A stretch of 62,279 nt of DNA, the filler included, from Chiloscyllium plagiosum (taxonomy: Eukaryota): assembly GCF_004010195.1 (NCBI RefSeq). It is 5 parts of one record of this genome, joined end to end, with 100 filler letters (N's around TTAATTAATTAA, not from the genome) between each part and the next. Parts side by side here need not be neighbours in the genome. Positions count along the whole stretch, not along the records: positions 11,539 to 28,355 come from NC_057716.1; positions 28,456 to 45,404 come from NC_057716.1; 3 more parts are not named here. One strand, 5' to 3'. Numbering within the stretch: the stretch's first letter is position 1; every line of letters starts with the position of its first letter. The position numbers and the translations under genes are program-made. Of this stretch, positions 23,810 through 37,176 are shown piece by piece. The notes under the pieces are model-generated. The model worked only from the letters and a program-made list of their open reading frames with translations, was not told the origin of the DNA and made no database searches.

Positions 23810-26450
23810 AAGAGTAAGAACAGAGAAAATGGTGAAAGAGGGGGAGGTGTGGTACTGTTAGTCAAGGACAGTATTACGGTTGCAGAAAGGGTGTTTGAGG
23901 ACTCGTATACTGAGGTAGTATGGGCTGAGGTTAGAAACAGGAAAAGAGAGGTCACCCTGTTGAGAGTTTTCTATAGGTCTCTGAATAGTTCCAGAGATGT
24001 AGAGGAAAGGATAGTAACGATGATCCACAATAGGAGCGAGAGTGACAGTGTAGTTGTTATGGGGAACTTTAACTTTCCACATATCGACTGGGAAAACTTT
24101 TTGTTCAAGTACTTTAAATGGGTCAGTTTTTGTCCAATTGTGCAGAGGGTTTCCTGACATAGTGGGTAGACAGGCCAACAAGGGGCAAGGCCACATTAGA
24201 TTTGGTAATGAACCCAGCCAGGTGTTAGATTTGGAGGTAGGCGAGCACTTTGGTGATAGTGACCACAATTCGGTTATGTTTATTTTAATGATGGAAAGGG
24301 ATTGGTATATACCGCAGGGCAAGAGTTATAATGGGGAACGCAATTATGATGCAATTAGAAAGATTTAGGATGCATAGGATGGGGAGGGAAACTGCAGGGA
24401 TGGGCACAATTGAAATGTGGAGCTTATTCAAGGAACAGCTACTGCGTATCCTTGATAAGTAGATACCAGTCAGGTAGGGAAGAAGTTGTCAAGCGCAGGA
24501 GCTTTAGTTTACTAAAGAAGTTGAATCAGTTATCAAGAGGAAGAAGGCGGCTTATATTAGGATGAGTCATGAAGGCTCAGTTAGAGCACTTGAGAGTTAC
24601 AGGTTAGCCAGGAAAAACCGAAAGAGAGAGCTAAGAAGAGCCAAGAGGGATGTGAGAAGTTGTTGGCAGGGAAAACCCTTAAAGCTTTCTATAGGTATAT
24701 CAGGAATAAAAGAATGACTAGAGTAAGATTAGGGCCAGTCAATGACAGTAGTGGGAAGTTATGCGTGGAGTCAGAGGAGATAGGGGAAGCACTAAATGAA
24801 TATTTTTCATTGGTATCCACACCAGGAAAAGACAATGTTGTTGAGGAGAATACTGAAACACAGGCTACTGGAATAGATAGGATTGAGGTGCACAAGGAGG
24901 AGTTGTTAGCAATTCTGGAAAGTGTGAGAATAGATAAGTCCCCTGGGCCGGATGGGATTTATCCTCAGATTCTCTGGGAAGCCAAGGAGGAGATTGCCGA
25001 GCCTTTGGCCTTGATCTTTATGTCATCATTGTCAACAGGAGTAGTGCCAGAAGAGTGGAGGATAGCAAATATTTTTCCCTTGTTCAAGAAGGGGAGTAGA
25101 GACAACCCTGGTAATTATAGACCAGTGAACTTTATTTCAGTTGTGGGAAAAGCGTTGGAAAGAGTTATAAGAGATAGAATTTATAATCATCTAGAAAGGA
25201 ATACGTAGATTAGGAATAGTCAACATGGTTTTGTGAAGAGTCAGTCGTGCCTCACTAACCTTATTGAGTTCTTTGAGATGGTGACCAAACAGGTGGATGA
25301 GAGTAAAGCGGTTGATGTGGTGTATATGAATTTCAGTAAGGCATTAGATAAGGTTCCCCATGGTAGGCTATTGCACAAAATACGGAGGCATGGGATTGAG
25401 GATGATCAGAAATAGGCTTGCTGAAAGAAGACAGAGGGTGGTGGTTGATGAAAATATTCATCCTGGAGTTCAGTTACCAGTGGTGTACCGCAAGAATCTG
25501 TTCTGGGTCCCCTGATGTTTGTCACTTTTATAAACAAACTGGATGAGGGCATAGAAGGATGGGTTGGTAAATTTGCGGATGACACTAAAGTCGGTAGAGT
25601 TGTGGATTGTAATGAAGGATGTTGTAGGTTACAGAGGGACATGGATAAGCTGCAGAGCTGGGTTGAGAAGTGGCAAATGAAGTTTAATGTGGAAAAGTGT
25701 GAGTTAGTTCACTTCGGAAGAAGTCACAGGAATACAGAGTACTCAGCTAATGGTGAGATTCTTGGCAGTGTAGATGAACAGAGAGATCTCAGTGTCCAGA
25801 TACACAGATCCCTGAAAGTTGTCACCCAGGTTGACAGGGTTGTTAAGAAGGCATATGCTGTGTTAGCTTTAATTGGTAGATGGATTGAGTTTCAGAATCA
25901 TGAGGTTATGCTGCAGCTGTACAAAACTCTGGTGCAGCTGCACCTGGAGTATTGTGTACAGTTCTGGTCACTGCATTATAGGAAGGTGTGGAAGGTTTGG
26001 AAAGGGTTCTGAGGGCATTTACTAGGATGTTGCCTGGTATGGAGGGAAGGTCTTACGAAGAAAGACTGAGGAACTTGAGGCTGTTTTCGTTGGAGAGAAG
26101 AAGGTTGAGAGGTGACTTAATTGAGACATATAAGATAATCAGAGGGTTAGATAGGGTGGACAGTGAGGGCAATGGCTAGCACAAGGGGACATAACTTTAA
26201 ATTGAGGGATGATAGATATAGGACAGATGTCAGAGGTAGTTTCTTTACTCAGAGAGTAGTAGGGGCATGGATCACCCTGCGTGCAACAGTAGTAGGCTCA
26301 CCAACTTTAAGAGCATTTAAATGATCATTGGATAGGCACATGGACGAGAATGGAATAGTGCAGGTTAGATGGGCTTCAGATTGGTTTCACAGGTTGGCGC
26401 AACATCGAGGTCCGAAGGGCCTCTACTGCGCTGTAATGTTCCATGTTCTA
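23810..26450 (+). mobile_element. CR1 LINE ORF2 (EN-RT) to 3' end
   Basis: DSDHN, KSPGPDGIYP, NYRPV, KFADDTK, LEYCVQFWS; tail gttccatgttcta. Confidence 0.92.
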
Positions 26451-26479
26451 TGGTGGGGTGGTAGATGGAAAATATTTGG

Positions 26480-27330
26480 AAGGGTGAGTTAGTAGGTTTG
26501 CTGATGACACAATGATTGGTGGAATTGTGGAGGGCTGTTGTAGGTTGCAACAGGGCATTGACAGGATACAGAACTAGGCTGAGAAGTGGCAGATAGAGTT
26601 CAACCTGAAAAAGTGTGAAGTCATTCATTTTGGAAGGCTGAATTTGAATGCAGATTACAGGGTTAAAGGCAAGATACTCGGCAGTGTGGAGGAACAAAGG
26701 GATCTTGGGGGTCTATGTCCATGGATCCCTCAACATTGCCAAATATGGTGTGTTGGCTTTCATTAGCGGGGAAATTGAATTTAAGAGCTGCGAGGTTATG
26801 TTGCAGCTCTCTAGAGCCCTGGTTCGACCACACTTGGAATATTGTGTTCAGTTCTGGTTGCCTCATTATAGGAAGGATGTGGAAGCTTTCAAGAGGGTGC
26901 AGAGGAGACTTATCAGGATGCTGCCTGGACTGGAGGGCATGTCTTGTGAAGGTTGAGGGAGCTAGGGCTTTTCTTATTGGACGGGTGCCTTGATAGAGGT
27001 GTACAAGATGATGAGAGGCAAAAATAGAGTGGCTAGCCAGAGACATTTTCCTAGGGCGGAAATAGCTATCACAAGGGCATAATTTTAAGGTAATTGGAGG
27101 AAGGTTTAGGGGTGATGTCAGAGATTGGTTCTGTACACAGAGAGTGGTGGGTGCATGGAATGCACTGCCAGCAGTGGGAGTAGAGTCAGAGACATTAGGG
27201 ACATTTAAGTGACTCTTGGGTAGGCACATGGAAGATAGTACATTGAAAGGTACATAGGTTAACATAAAAAACCAGCACAACATCGAGGGCTGAAGGGCCT
27301 GTACTATGCTCTACTGTTCTGTTCTGTGTT
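26480..27330 (+). mobile_element. CR1 3' fragment
   Basis: RPHLEYCVQFWLPHYRKDV; tail gttctgttctgtgttc. Confidence 0.85.
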
Positions 27331-27536
27331 CACCCAGACCCACCTGTCTACTCTATCCCTGTAATCCTGCATTTCCCAAAGGCTATCCACCGAGCTTGGA
27401 TATATTTGGATTGTGGGAGGAAACCAGAGCACCCAGTGGAAACCCACACAGAGGGAGAATGTGCAGACTCCACACAGTTCCCAGAGGCTGGAATCGAACC
27501 CATGTTCCTGGTGCTGTGAGCCACCGTGCTGCCCAT
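27331..27536 (-). mobile_element. tRNA-derived V-SINE (HE1-like)
   Basis: Reverse complement ggcagcacggtggctc...gggttcgattccagcc...gtgtggagtctgcacattctccc...gtgggtttcc...ggtttcctcccacaatccaaa: B box plus V-domain-like core. Confidence 0.8.
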
Positions 27537-28225
27537 GTTAGCCTGAGGTTCTGAATCAATAGCCCATAACATCATTGCCTCTTCACAAGTATCATCGTTA
27601 CGGCTGAATAAATATTTCCTGAATTACATCAGTGGGCTGTTTCTGATTGGCTGAATGCTCAAAACGTCCACTGAACAAACCTGTACTTTGAGAGTGCATA
27701 CTCATCAAATTTGGACAGATTTAAGATTTCAGGAAGGAACTTCAGGGGGGAATCGAGAAGGAACATGTTTATACTGTGAGTGGTCAAACTTGGGACTAGC
27801 TGCCCTTTGCAGGCAGTGGGAGCAGAAGCAAATGATTGAGAGGAAATTGAATGGACACTTAAAGGAAATGAATGTACAAGGTTGCAGGGTTAGAGCAGGG
27901 AGTGGTCCTGAACAGGTTGCTCTGTTGTGAGCCAGCTTGTGGATCTGTGTCATGATTAACAGTTACTTACTCATTCAGAGTACATCGGCATTACAGGCTG
28001 GACCAGCATTTATTGCCCGTCCCTAATTGCCCCTTGAGAAGGTGGGGGTGAGCTGCCTTCTTGAACCGCTGCAGTCCATGTGCTGTAGGTAGACCCACAA
28101 TGCCCTTAGCGAGGGAATTCTAGGATTCTGACCCAGCGACACTGAAGGAAAGGTGATATATTTCCAAGCTGAAAATGTGTTGCTGGAAAAGCGCAGCAGG
28201 TCAGGCAGCATCCAAGGAACAGGAG

Positions 28226-28261
28226 AATCGACGTTTCGGGCATAAGCCCTTCTTCAGGAAT
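28226..28261 (-). ncRNA. Minimal hammerhead ribozyme motif
   Basis: AUUC CUGAAGA A GGGC-UUAU-GCCC GAAAC GUC GAUU. Confidence 0.75.
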
Positions 28262-28537
28262 GAGGAAAGTGTGTCCAGCAGGCTAAGATAAAAGGTAGGA
28301 AGGAAGGACTTGGGGGAGGGGCTTTGGAAATGCGATAGGTGGAGGGAGGTCAAGGNNNNNNNNNNNNNNNNNNNNNNNNNNNNNNNNNNNNNNNNNNNNT
28401 TAATTAATTAANNNNNNNNNNNNNNNNNNNNNNNNNNNNNNNNNNNNNNNNNNNNTCCACCTATCGCATTTCCAAAGCCCCTCCCCCAAGTCCTTCCTTC
28501 CTACCTTTTATCTTAGCCTGCTGGACACACTTTCCTC

Positions 28538-28573
28538 ATTCCTGAAGAAGGGCTTATGCCCGAAACGTCGATT
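28538..28573 (+). ncRNA. Minimal hammerhead ribozyme motif
   Basis: AUUC CUGAAGA A GGGC-UUAU-GCCC GAAAC GUC GAUU. Confidence 0.75.
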
Positions 28574-29411
28574 CTCCTGTTCCTTGGATGCTGCCTGACC
28601 TGCTGCGCTTTTCCAGCAACACATTTTCAGCTCTGATCTCCAGCATCTGCAGCCCTCACTTTCTCCTCTGATATATTTCCAAGTCAGGATGGTGAGTGGC
28701 TCAGAGGGGAACTTGCAGGTGGTGGTGTTCCCATGTATCTGCTGCCCTTGTCCTTCTCGATGGAAGTGGTCGTGCGTTTGGAAGATGTCATCTAGTGATC
28801 ACCCCCACTTCTCATCTTATGATGGAAAGAAGGTCTTTGGTGGAGCAGTAGAAGATGGTTAGGTCTAGGACACCCTCCTGAGGGACAGCTGCAGATATGT
28901 CCTGGAGCAGTGATGACTGGACTTCCAGCCAGTAATCACTTGGTGTTTTTGTTTCTTGTGCTCCATTCCTGGTGTTTGAATGGGCCAGGGAACCAGGCTG
29001 GTGGGGGTGGGAATGGAACCCGGGCTTGGGACCAGGCCGAGGGACTGGAGCCTCTACCTCGGGACTCGGCAAGGGGGACTGCAGCTTGTGCCTATTCTTT
29101 CAGCATCCCTTTACAAGAAACAGCAACAGGGCACACTGGACCTTTCCATTCAAAACCCAAACATCAGACTTCCTATAATGTCCAGCTTAAAGCTCAGACT
29201 GTACAAAATCATCAGAGAACACATTTCAGACAATTGCTGTTTGTATTTGTCAGTGAAAAAACAAGCTTACAAAACTCTAATTTGGGATATTTGGTTATTT
29301 TGTGATGTTGAGCAGCTGCAGAATCTCCTTCAATCTGTCCAATCTCAATACAGTGTTTAAATAAATTGGTACATTCGAGGAATTGCTTTGTAAAGCCAAT
29401 CACAAATCACT

Positions 29412-29610
29412 AAGGAAAGAAAAGCGAGATTGGGAAAGAAAGTGACAGACAGAAAGTGAGAGAGACTGAGGGAGGGAGACAGAGGATAGAGTGAGAGAGA
29501 GCCAGAAACAGATTGCTCGAGTCAGAGACAGGGAGGGGAAGAGAGAGAGGGAGGGAGAGAGAGAGAAACAGTGAAGATATGGAGAGAACAAGACAAAGAC
29601 AGACAGAGAA
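29412..29610. repeat. GA-rich low-complexity tract (probably in the myosin-X-like 3' UTR)
   Basis: gagagagggagggagagagagag and similar runs. Confidence 0.7.
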
Positions 29611-30017
29611 ACCTCTTTGATCAGCAGGAAGTGTTAAAGAATAGCAGAGCACCAAGAGAGGCTATTTGACCCATTGATTCCATGCTGTATTCTTCTCAGC
29701 AACACTGCCCGCAGTATTGCAGGCCGAGCCAGTGTGGTGACCTCGGAGACAATGAGAATGACTGGGTCTGGACTCGACCAGTTCTACCCTGGCTTTTCCT
29801 CTCCTCTCCTCTTGGACTTTGATTGGATGTACTCCTGGAAAACACATCACATGACCTCCCACCTCCAACTGCTCTTTGCCCACCATCGGTCTCACAACTG
29901 GAGGTGCCCGTGCCAGTGACCCATCATTTCTCCCTTGGTCAGTCTTTCCTTGGCTGGTGAGAGGAGAGTGAGGAGAGAATAGAGAGGAATGAGACGGGGC
30001 TAGGGGAGTGTTCCTGC

Positions 30018-30131
30018 TCATCTGGTCCAGGCACTGGCCTCACTGTGATTAGTGACGACAGACTTGATGCTGTATCGTTTCTTCACAATCGTGTTGATGT
30101 AGCCCTTCATTATCTTTGTGATTTCACCCAC
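30018..30131 (-). CDS. Unconventional myosin-X-like protein, last coding exon
   Basis: ttgcag|GTG...AGA TGA. VGEITKIMKGYINTIVKKRYSIKSVVTNHSEASAWTR* (cf. MYO10 VVDVAKLMKAYISMIVKKRYS). Confidence 0.9.
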   Translation of the reverse strand: MGEITKIMKGYINTIVKKRYSIKSVVTNHSEASAWTR

Positions 30132-30229
30132 CTGCAATGAGACAAAGGTGGCGAGGGAGAGAAAAGAAACAGCATTTTTCAGCAAAAGAGAGGGAAGTTA
30201 TACGGCAATATCTCAGTGAAGAATATAGG

Positions 30230-31490
30230 ACCAAACGTAGGTCATTCAGCCCCTCAATCCAGGCTGCTGTACTAAGTTATGGCTGATCATGTACCTTTAT
30301 TCTCAATATTTCCCACACTCTCCCATTTTCTTTGATGTCATTAGTAAGTAGAAATCTATCAATGTCTCTTTGAACATGTTCAGCAACTGAGTTTCTACAG
30401 CCCTTTGGGATAGAGAATTCCAGGATTCACTACCCTTTGAATGAAGAAATCCTCCTCATCTCAGTCTAATTGGTCCATCATTTATGCTGAAATTATTTCC
30501 CTGGATTTAGACTCATCTTCTGGAAAAACATCTTTTCTATCCATCCTGACATACCCTAAAAGGATTTTGTAATTTTTAATCTACTCCATAGTATTCAGAC
30601 GCAGTTTCATTAGCCTTTCCTCAAAAGACAATGCCATCATCCCAGGGATTAATTGGGTCAACCTCCATTTCACTCTTATCTATGGCAAGAACATCCTTCC
30701 TTAGATGACAGTAAAACTGCACACAATACTCCAGGTGTAGCCTTACCAAGGCATTGTCTCACTGCTGCAAGACTTCTTTACTCCTGCACTCAAATCCCTT
30801 TGTGATAAAAGCTTGTGCCCCTCATTCCTTGTTATTCCTGTAAACTAGCTATTAGTGACTAATGAACAATGGCACCAGGTCCCTTTGGACATCAACACTT
30901 TTCAACCTCTTACCATTTAAGAAATACACTGCACTCCCATGCCTCCGCCCAGATTCACATTATTTCCCATGTTTTTTGCCACTCGTTCAGCCTGAAGCCT
31001 CTTTGTATCATCCCCAAAACTCCCATTCCTACCTAGTTTTGTGTCAACTGAAATTTGTAAATATTCTATTTGGTCTCAATGTCCAAATTTATTAATAAAT
31101 ATTGTGAACAGCTCAGCTCCAAGCCCTAAACCTTGTGGTACCCTACAGTCACATGCTCACACACATTTATTTTGACTGTTGCCTGCCAATTAACCAGTTC
31201 TCAATCCGTGGCAGTAGAAGCCCCTTCAGCCTGTGTTCTCAAACTTTTGCTATTAACTTATGTGGGACCTGATTAAAAGCCTTCCTAAAGTCCAACTGTA
31301 AGTACCAGCTCCCTTTATGTACTCTGATGGCAACATCTTTAAAAACCTCAAACAGCTTTGTCAGATATGGTTTCCACGTCTTAAATCCATCTTGACTCCT
31401 CACAATCAAACCATCATTCTCCATCAGTGTCTAATTATCACAGACTTTATTATAGATTCAAAACATTTTCCTTACTACTGCCATTGGGCT
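30230..31490 (-). mobile_element. Old, decayed CR1-type LINE
   Basis: SQDGF, LDFRKAFNQVPH remnants; 3' end motif ggtcattcagcccctc. Confidence 0.7.
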
Positions 31491-31494
31491 AACA

Positions 31495-31636
31495 GATTAG
31501 ATTAGATTACTTACAGTGTGGAAACAGGCCCTTCGGCCCAACAAGTCCACACTGCCCCGCCGAAGCGCAACCCACCCATACCCCTACATTTACCCCTTAC
31601 CTAACACTACGGGCAATTTAGTATGGCCAATTCATC
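31495..31636 (-). mobile_element. HE1/V-SINE 3' fragment with (TCTAA)n tail
   Basis: (agatt)3 then acagtgtggaaacaggcccttcggcccaacaagtcc...gggcaatttagtatggccaattca; second copy at about 57477-57650. Confidence 0.7.
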
Positions 31637-32284
31637 TATAGTTCCCTCCTTGGGATTACATTTGAAACATTCCAGTCTGTCAATGGAATTGTGAAGAATG
31701 ATCGTCAATGCATCTTCTATCTCTATAGCCACCTCTTTCAAAGACATGGTTAATTGAATCCTGGGGATTTAGTAATTTTCAGTCCATTCAATTTGTCTGG
31801 AACTACTTTTTTTACTGATATTAACTCCTTTTAGTTCCTCATTCTCACTAGTCCCTTAGATCTCTATTATTTCTGGAAAATTTCTTGTACCATCCTTCAT
31901 AAGATAAACACAAAAGTAATTATTTAGATTGTCATTTCCTTAATTCCTATTATAAATTCTCCCAGATCTGCCTGTAATGGATCTACATTTGTCTTTGCTT
32001 TATTTTACTTTTTAAATACTTAAGGAGCTTTTACAGTCTGATTTTATGTTTCTTATTAGTACATTTTCATATTGTACTCTCCCCATATTTATCTTCTTTC
32101 TTGGTTTTCCTTCAGTGAATTCTAAAAATGTTACTAATTTCCAGGTTGTTATATTTATTGATAACATTACAACCATCCTCCTTTGATCTAATACAATTTT
32201 TAACTTTCTTTGTTAGCCATTGTGGACTCGCTTTTCCTGTTGAGTTTTGTGTGTTTTTATTTATTTTTGGCACTCATCAGTATT

Positions 32285-33843
32285 GAGAGTATGGTGCTGG
32301 AAAAGCACAGCAGGTCAGGCAGCATCCGATGAGCAGGAAAATGAATGTTTCAGGCAAAAGCCCTTCATCGGGAATGAGGCTTGTAAACTGAGGGTGTAGA
32401 GAGATAAATGGGAAGGGGATGGGACTGGGGTGGAAGGTAACTGAGAATGCGATTGGTAGATAGAGTTGGGGGTAATGGTGATAAGTTGGAGAGGAGGGTG
32501 GAGCGGATAGGTGGGAAGGAAGCTGGACAGGTAGGACAGATCAAGAGTTGGAAGGTTAGAACTGGGTTAAGGATTGGGGGAGGGAAAATGAGAAAACTCG
32601 TGAAGTCCACATTGTTGCCCTAGGGTTGGAGATGAGGCGTTCTTCCTCCATGCATTGGGTAGTAAGGGTGTAGCAATGGAGGAGGCCCAGGACCTGTACA
32701 TCCTCAGCAGAGTGGGAGAAGAAGTTGAAGTGTTCAGCCAAGGGGCAGTGGGATTGGTGCGAGTGTCCTGGAGTTATTCTCTGAAGCGCTCTGCGTGTAG
32801 GCATACTGTCTCCCAAATGTAGAGGAGACTGCTTCAGGAGCAATGGATGCAGTAAACTCTGATGGATGTGGAATGTCTTTGTGCCCTTGGACAGAGTTGA
32901 GGGGGGAGGTGTAGGTGCAGGTTTTGCAATTCCTGTGGTGGCAGGGGAAGGTGCCAGAAGGGGAGGGTGGGTTGGTGGGGGGCATGAATCTGACATGAGA
33001 TTCGCAGAGCCCCAACACCGCCACTGCCGCCAACCGGTCTACGAACTCCCCACACACATTCGGGACACCACCGGCGCCTGCCACCTCCTCCAAGATTTTC
33101 AGTTCTCTGGTCCCCAACACCTCATCTTCACCATGAAGATCCAGTCCCTATATAACTCTGTCCGCCATGACCAGGGCCTCCAAGCCTTCCGTTTCTTCCG
33201 CTCCCAATGTCCCTACCAGTACCCCTCCACTGATACTCTCATTCGTTTGGCTGAACTGGTCCTCAGCTTTAACAATTTCTCCTTTGAATCCTCCTTCTTC
33301 AAGGACTGGAATTTCCCATCCCATGAAGTTGATGATGCCCTCCAGCACATCTCATCCACATCCCGCACCTCCACCCTCAAACTCCACCCCTCCACAAGGT
33401 CGAAACCCCCAGTCCTCACCTTCAACCCCACCAACCTCTGTATTGCATCATCCTCAGCCACTTCCACTGCCTACAAATGGGCCCCACCAACAGAGATATA
33501 TTTCCCTCCACATTATCCCATTCCAACCTTCAGCTCAACACCGCCCTCATGACCTGTCCCATCTGTCCATCTTCCTTCCCACCTATCTGCACCACCCTCC
33601 CTCTAACCAATCACCTTAACCCCCATCTCCATCTATCTATTGCACTCTTAGCTATCTTACTCCCCGCTCCACCCCCTCCCATTTATCTCCCCACCCCCTA
33701 GGCTCCCAGCCTCATTCATGATGAAGGGCTCTTGCCTGAAACGTCGGTCCTCCTGCTCCTCAGATGCTGCCTGACCTGCTGTGCTTTTCCAGCACCACAC
33801 TCTCGACTCTGGTCTCCAGCATCTGCAGTACTCACTTTCTTCT
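32285..33843. mobile_element. Inverted (tail-out) PLE family A pair, decayed; left arm GIY-YIG, right arm RT remnant
   Basis: Left (-): HRNCKTC, LAEHFN. Right (+): HIRDTT...IFTMKIQSLY...LIRLAELVLSFNNFSF. Family A tails at both outer ends. Confidence 0.85.
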
Positions 33844-34226
33844 CATTAGATTTATCCAATCCAAACAGGACAGCATATAGATTGAAATGTCTTGTAGTTG
33901 CTGCATTACCTCTGTTGCATGCCCTCATTTGCTGATTTTTATTGTGCCCAACATTACCACACCAGTCTGGTGGCCTCTGAACAACTCCTGTTGCTCCTTG
34001 CTGTTTCTTAGCACCATCCAAACAGATTTCACATTGTTCTGCTCTGAATTCCTTTCATGCTAATGTACTGATTCTATCCCATATGAACAGCACTTTGCAT
34101 TATCCCAACCCCCTTTCCTTCTTGCCTGTTCTTTCTACATTTACAAATCAGGAGCAGGAATAGGCCATTCAGCCCATCAAGTCTGCTGCAACATTCAGTA
34201 TCAGGACAGGCAATAATTTCTGGCCC

Positions 34227-34427
34227 TGGATCAGTGGTGCTGGAAGAGCACAGCAATTCAGGCAGCTTCCGAGGACAGGCAAAATCGACGTTTCGGGCAA
34301 AAGCTCTGGGGCTTTTGCCCAAAACGTCGATTTTGCCTGTCCTCGGATGCTGCCTGAATTGCTGTGCTCTTCCAGCACCACTGATCCAGAATCTGGTTTC
34401 CAGCATCTGCAGTCATTGTTTTTACCT
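34227..34427. mobile_element. Palindromic PLE family A micro-insertion, perfect 16-bp TSD
   Basis: caataatttctggccc at 34211-34226 and 34428-34443; inversion centre about 34305. Confidence 0.92.
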
Positions 34428-35176
34428 CAATAATTTCTGGCCCGTCCAGCACTGTCCACATCCTCTGTACGAATTTAAAAAAAGGTTATGGCTGAACTGA
34501 TCATGGCTTTGATTCAGCATTTCCATCTTTCTCTGAAAACCATCGACTCCTTTGTCAGTTAAGAATCAATCTATATCCATCTTAAACGTATACAATGACT
34601 CCCCACCCCACCCTCCCATCCCGCCCCCCACCCACGGCCACTTCTTCATTCTCTCGGGAAGACAATTCCACAGACTCACGATCATGAGAGAATCTTTTCC
34701 TCAGTGTCTGTCTTAAATGTGGAAAACCTCTTATATATGCCCCTTATATATTTTCCCACTCCTGCTCCTATGTTCCTTTGTCCCTACAATTGCCTGACAT
34801 GCGTTAACACACAGCAAGTCAGACATAGGACTTACCACTGCAACAATGTACAATGCATTTAAATTAAGTAAAATGGAATTTGGAACTCATGATCTTTACT
34901 AACAAATAGAAGTAGTGGGCCATTCAACATGTTCAGCATGCTCCACCAGTATTCAGTAAGATCATGGCTGATCATGTCTCTCCATCTCCACTTCTGTAGC
35001 TGAATCCCTTACAGCCTCAACAAATTCTCAAATTCTATCTGAATACACCTAGACACTGAGCCTTTCCAAATCTCTGGGATAGAGAATTCCCATCATTCAC
35101 AACTCTGCAAATGAGGAAATTCCTCCCCATTCCATTCCTTAATGATTAACCATTATCCTGATAATGTGTGTCTGTG

Positions 35177-35378
35177 CTGAGAAAGAAGAAGATGCTGGAA
35201 ATCACATTGGGTCAGGCAGCTTCCATGGAGAGAGAGCAAGCTAATATTTCGAGTCTAGATGACTGTTCATCGGAACTTGCTGTCTCTCCATGGATGCTGC
35301 CTGACCCACTGTGATCTCCAGCAAAAAGCTTTTGTTTTCAGTACAGATTCCAGCACCTGCAGGAATTTGCTCCCACAT
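35177..35378. mobile_element. Palindromic PLE family C micro-insertion, 12-bp TSD
   Basis: tgtgtgtctgtg at 35165-35176 and 35379-35390. Degenerate hammerhead on -: CcGAUGA AcAGUC-AUCUA-GACUC GAAAU AUU. Confidence 0.75.
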
Positions 35379-35460
35379 TGTGTGTCTGTGTCCTGGATTT
35401 TTTACCACCAGCTTCCTCAATCCCAAGGTCATTTCTGAGTTCACCCATCAGCTCTCTCAC

Positions 35461-35652
35461 CTGTGGAGTCTCGAAAAACATTTCCCTCTCGTCCACAGTT
35501 ATCTTGTAGGTGTTTGGGAGCGGAGCACCGAAGAAAACAATATGTTCATACTGGAAGGTTTCCAGAGGCCGGGCATCACCCCGTTTGTAGATTGACACAT
35601 TCTCAGCACTGACACCCAACCACAGCTCATTGGGAAATCCACCCTCCTTACA
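35461..35652 (-). CDS. Myosin-X-like protein, FERM F3 exon
   Basis: ttacag|TGT...CAG|gtgaga. CKEGGFPNELWLGVSAENVSIYKRGDARPLETFQYEHIVFFGAPLPNTYKITVDEREMFFETPQ. Confidence 0.95.
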
Positions 35653-35754
35653 CTGTAAATAACCAAAGGGCATTAGTGTTCATTATTATCAACAGAGGTT
35701 TAAGTAAACACAGATGTAGGATATTGACTGGGTGGTTACTTCAGCACATAAAGG

Positions 35755-36826
35755 AACTCAATACTGATATTTTCTACAAACCCACCAACCCCTTCAGGTA
35801 CCTGGATTACACCTCCTCCCACCCTACCTCCTGCAAAAATGCTATCCCTTATTTCCAATTCCTCCGCCTCCACTGCATCTGCTCCCAGGAGGACCAGTTC
35901 CACCACAGAACACACCAGATGACCTCCTTCTTCAAAGATCGCAATTTCCCCTTCCACGTGGTTGATGATGCCCTCCAGCGCATCTCATCCACATCCCGCA
36001 CCTCCACCCTCAAAGCCCACCCCTCCAATCGCAACAAGGACAGAACACCCCTGGTCCTCACCTTCCACCCCACCAACCTCCATATACGTCGCCATGTCCA
36101 CCAATTAAAAATGGACCTCACCACCAGAGAAATATTTCCCTCCCCACCCCTATCCACTTTCCCTCCATGACTACCTCATCAGATCCACATGCCCCATCAA
36201 CTCACCCTCCCCTCCTGGCACCTTCCCATGCCACCGCAGGAATTGCAAAACCTGCGCCCACACCTCCCCCCCTCACCTCCATTCAAGGCCCCAAAGGAGC
36301 CTTCCACATCCTTCAAAGTTTCATTTGCACTTCCACACATGTCATTTATTGTATCCGTTGCTCCCGATGCGGTCTCCTCTACATTGGGGAGACTGGACAC
36401 CTACTTGCAGAGTGCTTCAGAGAACATCTCCAGGACACCCGCACCAGTCAACCCCATCACCCGGGGCAACTCCCCCTCCCAGTCTGCCGAGGACATGCAG
36501 ATCCTGGGCCTCCTCCACCATCACTCCCTCACCATCCAACGCCTGGAGGAAGAACTCCTCATCTTCCGCCTTGGGACCCTCCAACCCCAGGGCATCAATG
36601 TGGACTTCACCAGTTTCCTCATTTCCCCTCCCCCCAGTTCCAACCTTCCAGCTCAGCACTGGCCTCATGACCTGTCCTACCTGCCAATCTCCTTTCCCAC
36701 CTATCTATTCCACCCTCCTCTCCGACCTATCACCTCCAAGCCCCATCCCCATCCACTTATTGCACGCTCAGCTACCTTCTCCCCAACGCCACCCCCCCCT
36801 CCCATTTATCTCTCCACCCCTGAGGC
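35755..36826 (+). mobile_element. Penelope-like element (Neptune-type), RT thumb, Cys linker and GIY-YIG
   Basis: TDIFYKPTN..YLDYTSSHPTSCKNAIPY.QFLRL; RNCKTC; VIYCIRCSRCGLLYIGETG; LIFRLGTLQPQGINVDF. Confidence 0.9.
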
Positions 36827-37176
36827 AGATTGTGATAGTTCACGGACTCCCAGCCCAACTGTTTGTTTTGTAATGCTGTGGAGACCATGGACCATGTATA
36901 TGTTGGGTGTAGGAGTCTGCACTCCCTTTTTGGTTTTCTTAAAAAAACATTTTTGTTGTTCTTTGGTCGCACTTCAGCCCCATGATTCTGATCTTTGGGC
37001 ACCTGATGCGGAGGAGAGCGTCCAGGTTGGAGGATCTCCTCATGGGTCTGCTCCTGGGCCTGACCAGGCTGGCCATAAACAGGTCAGGCAGCGGGTCGTG
37101 GAGGGGGTCATTATGGCTGACTGCCTGCCTCTTTTCCATAGTTACCTTGGTATCCAGGTATCCCTGGAGAAGGAGC

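Larger units (their letters stand above)
28169..28668. mobile_element. Palindromic PLE family A insertion (centre in gap), 15-bp TSD
   Basis: Near-perfect inverted arms. tgatatatttccaag at 28154-28168 and 28669-28683. Inserted in the repeat spanning about 27990-28790. Confidence 0.9.

Noticed and set aside
34227..34427. Palindromic elements as DNA-transposon MITEs
   Set aside because: The arms are asymmetric, TSD lengths vary, and the sequence is the 3' terminus of GIY-YIG/RT-encoding PLEs elsewhere in the window.
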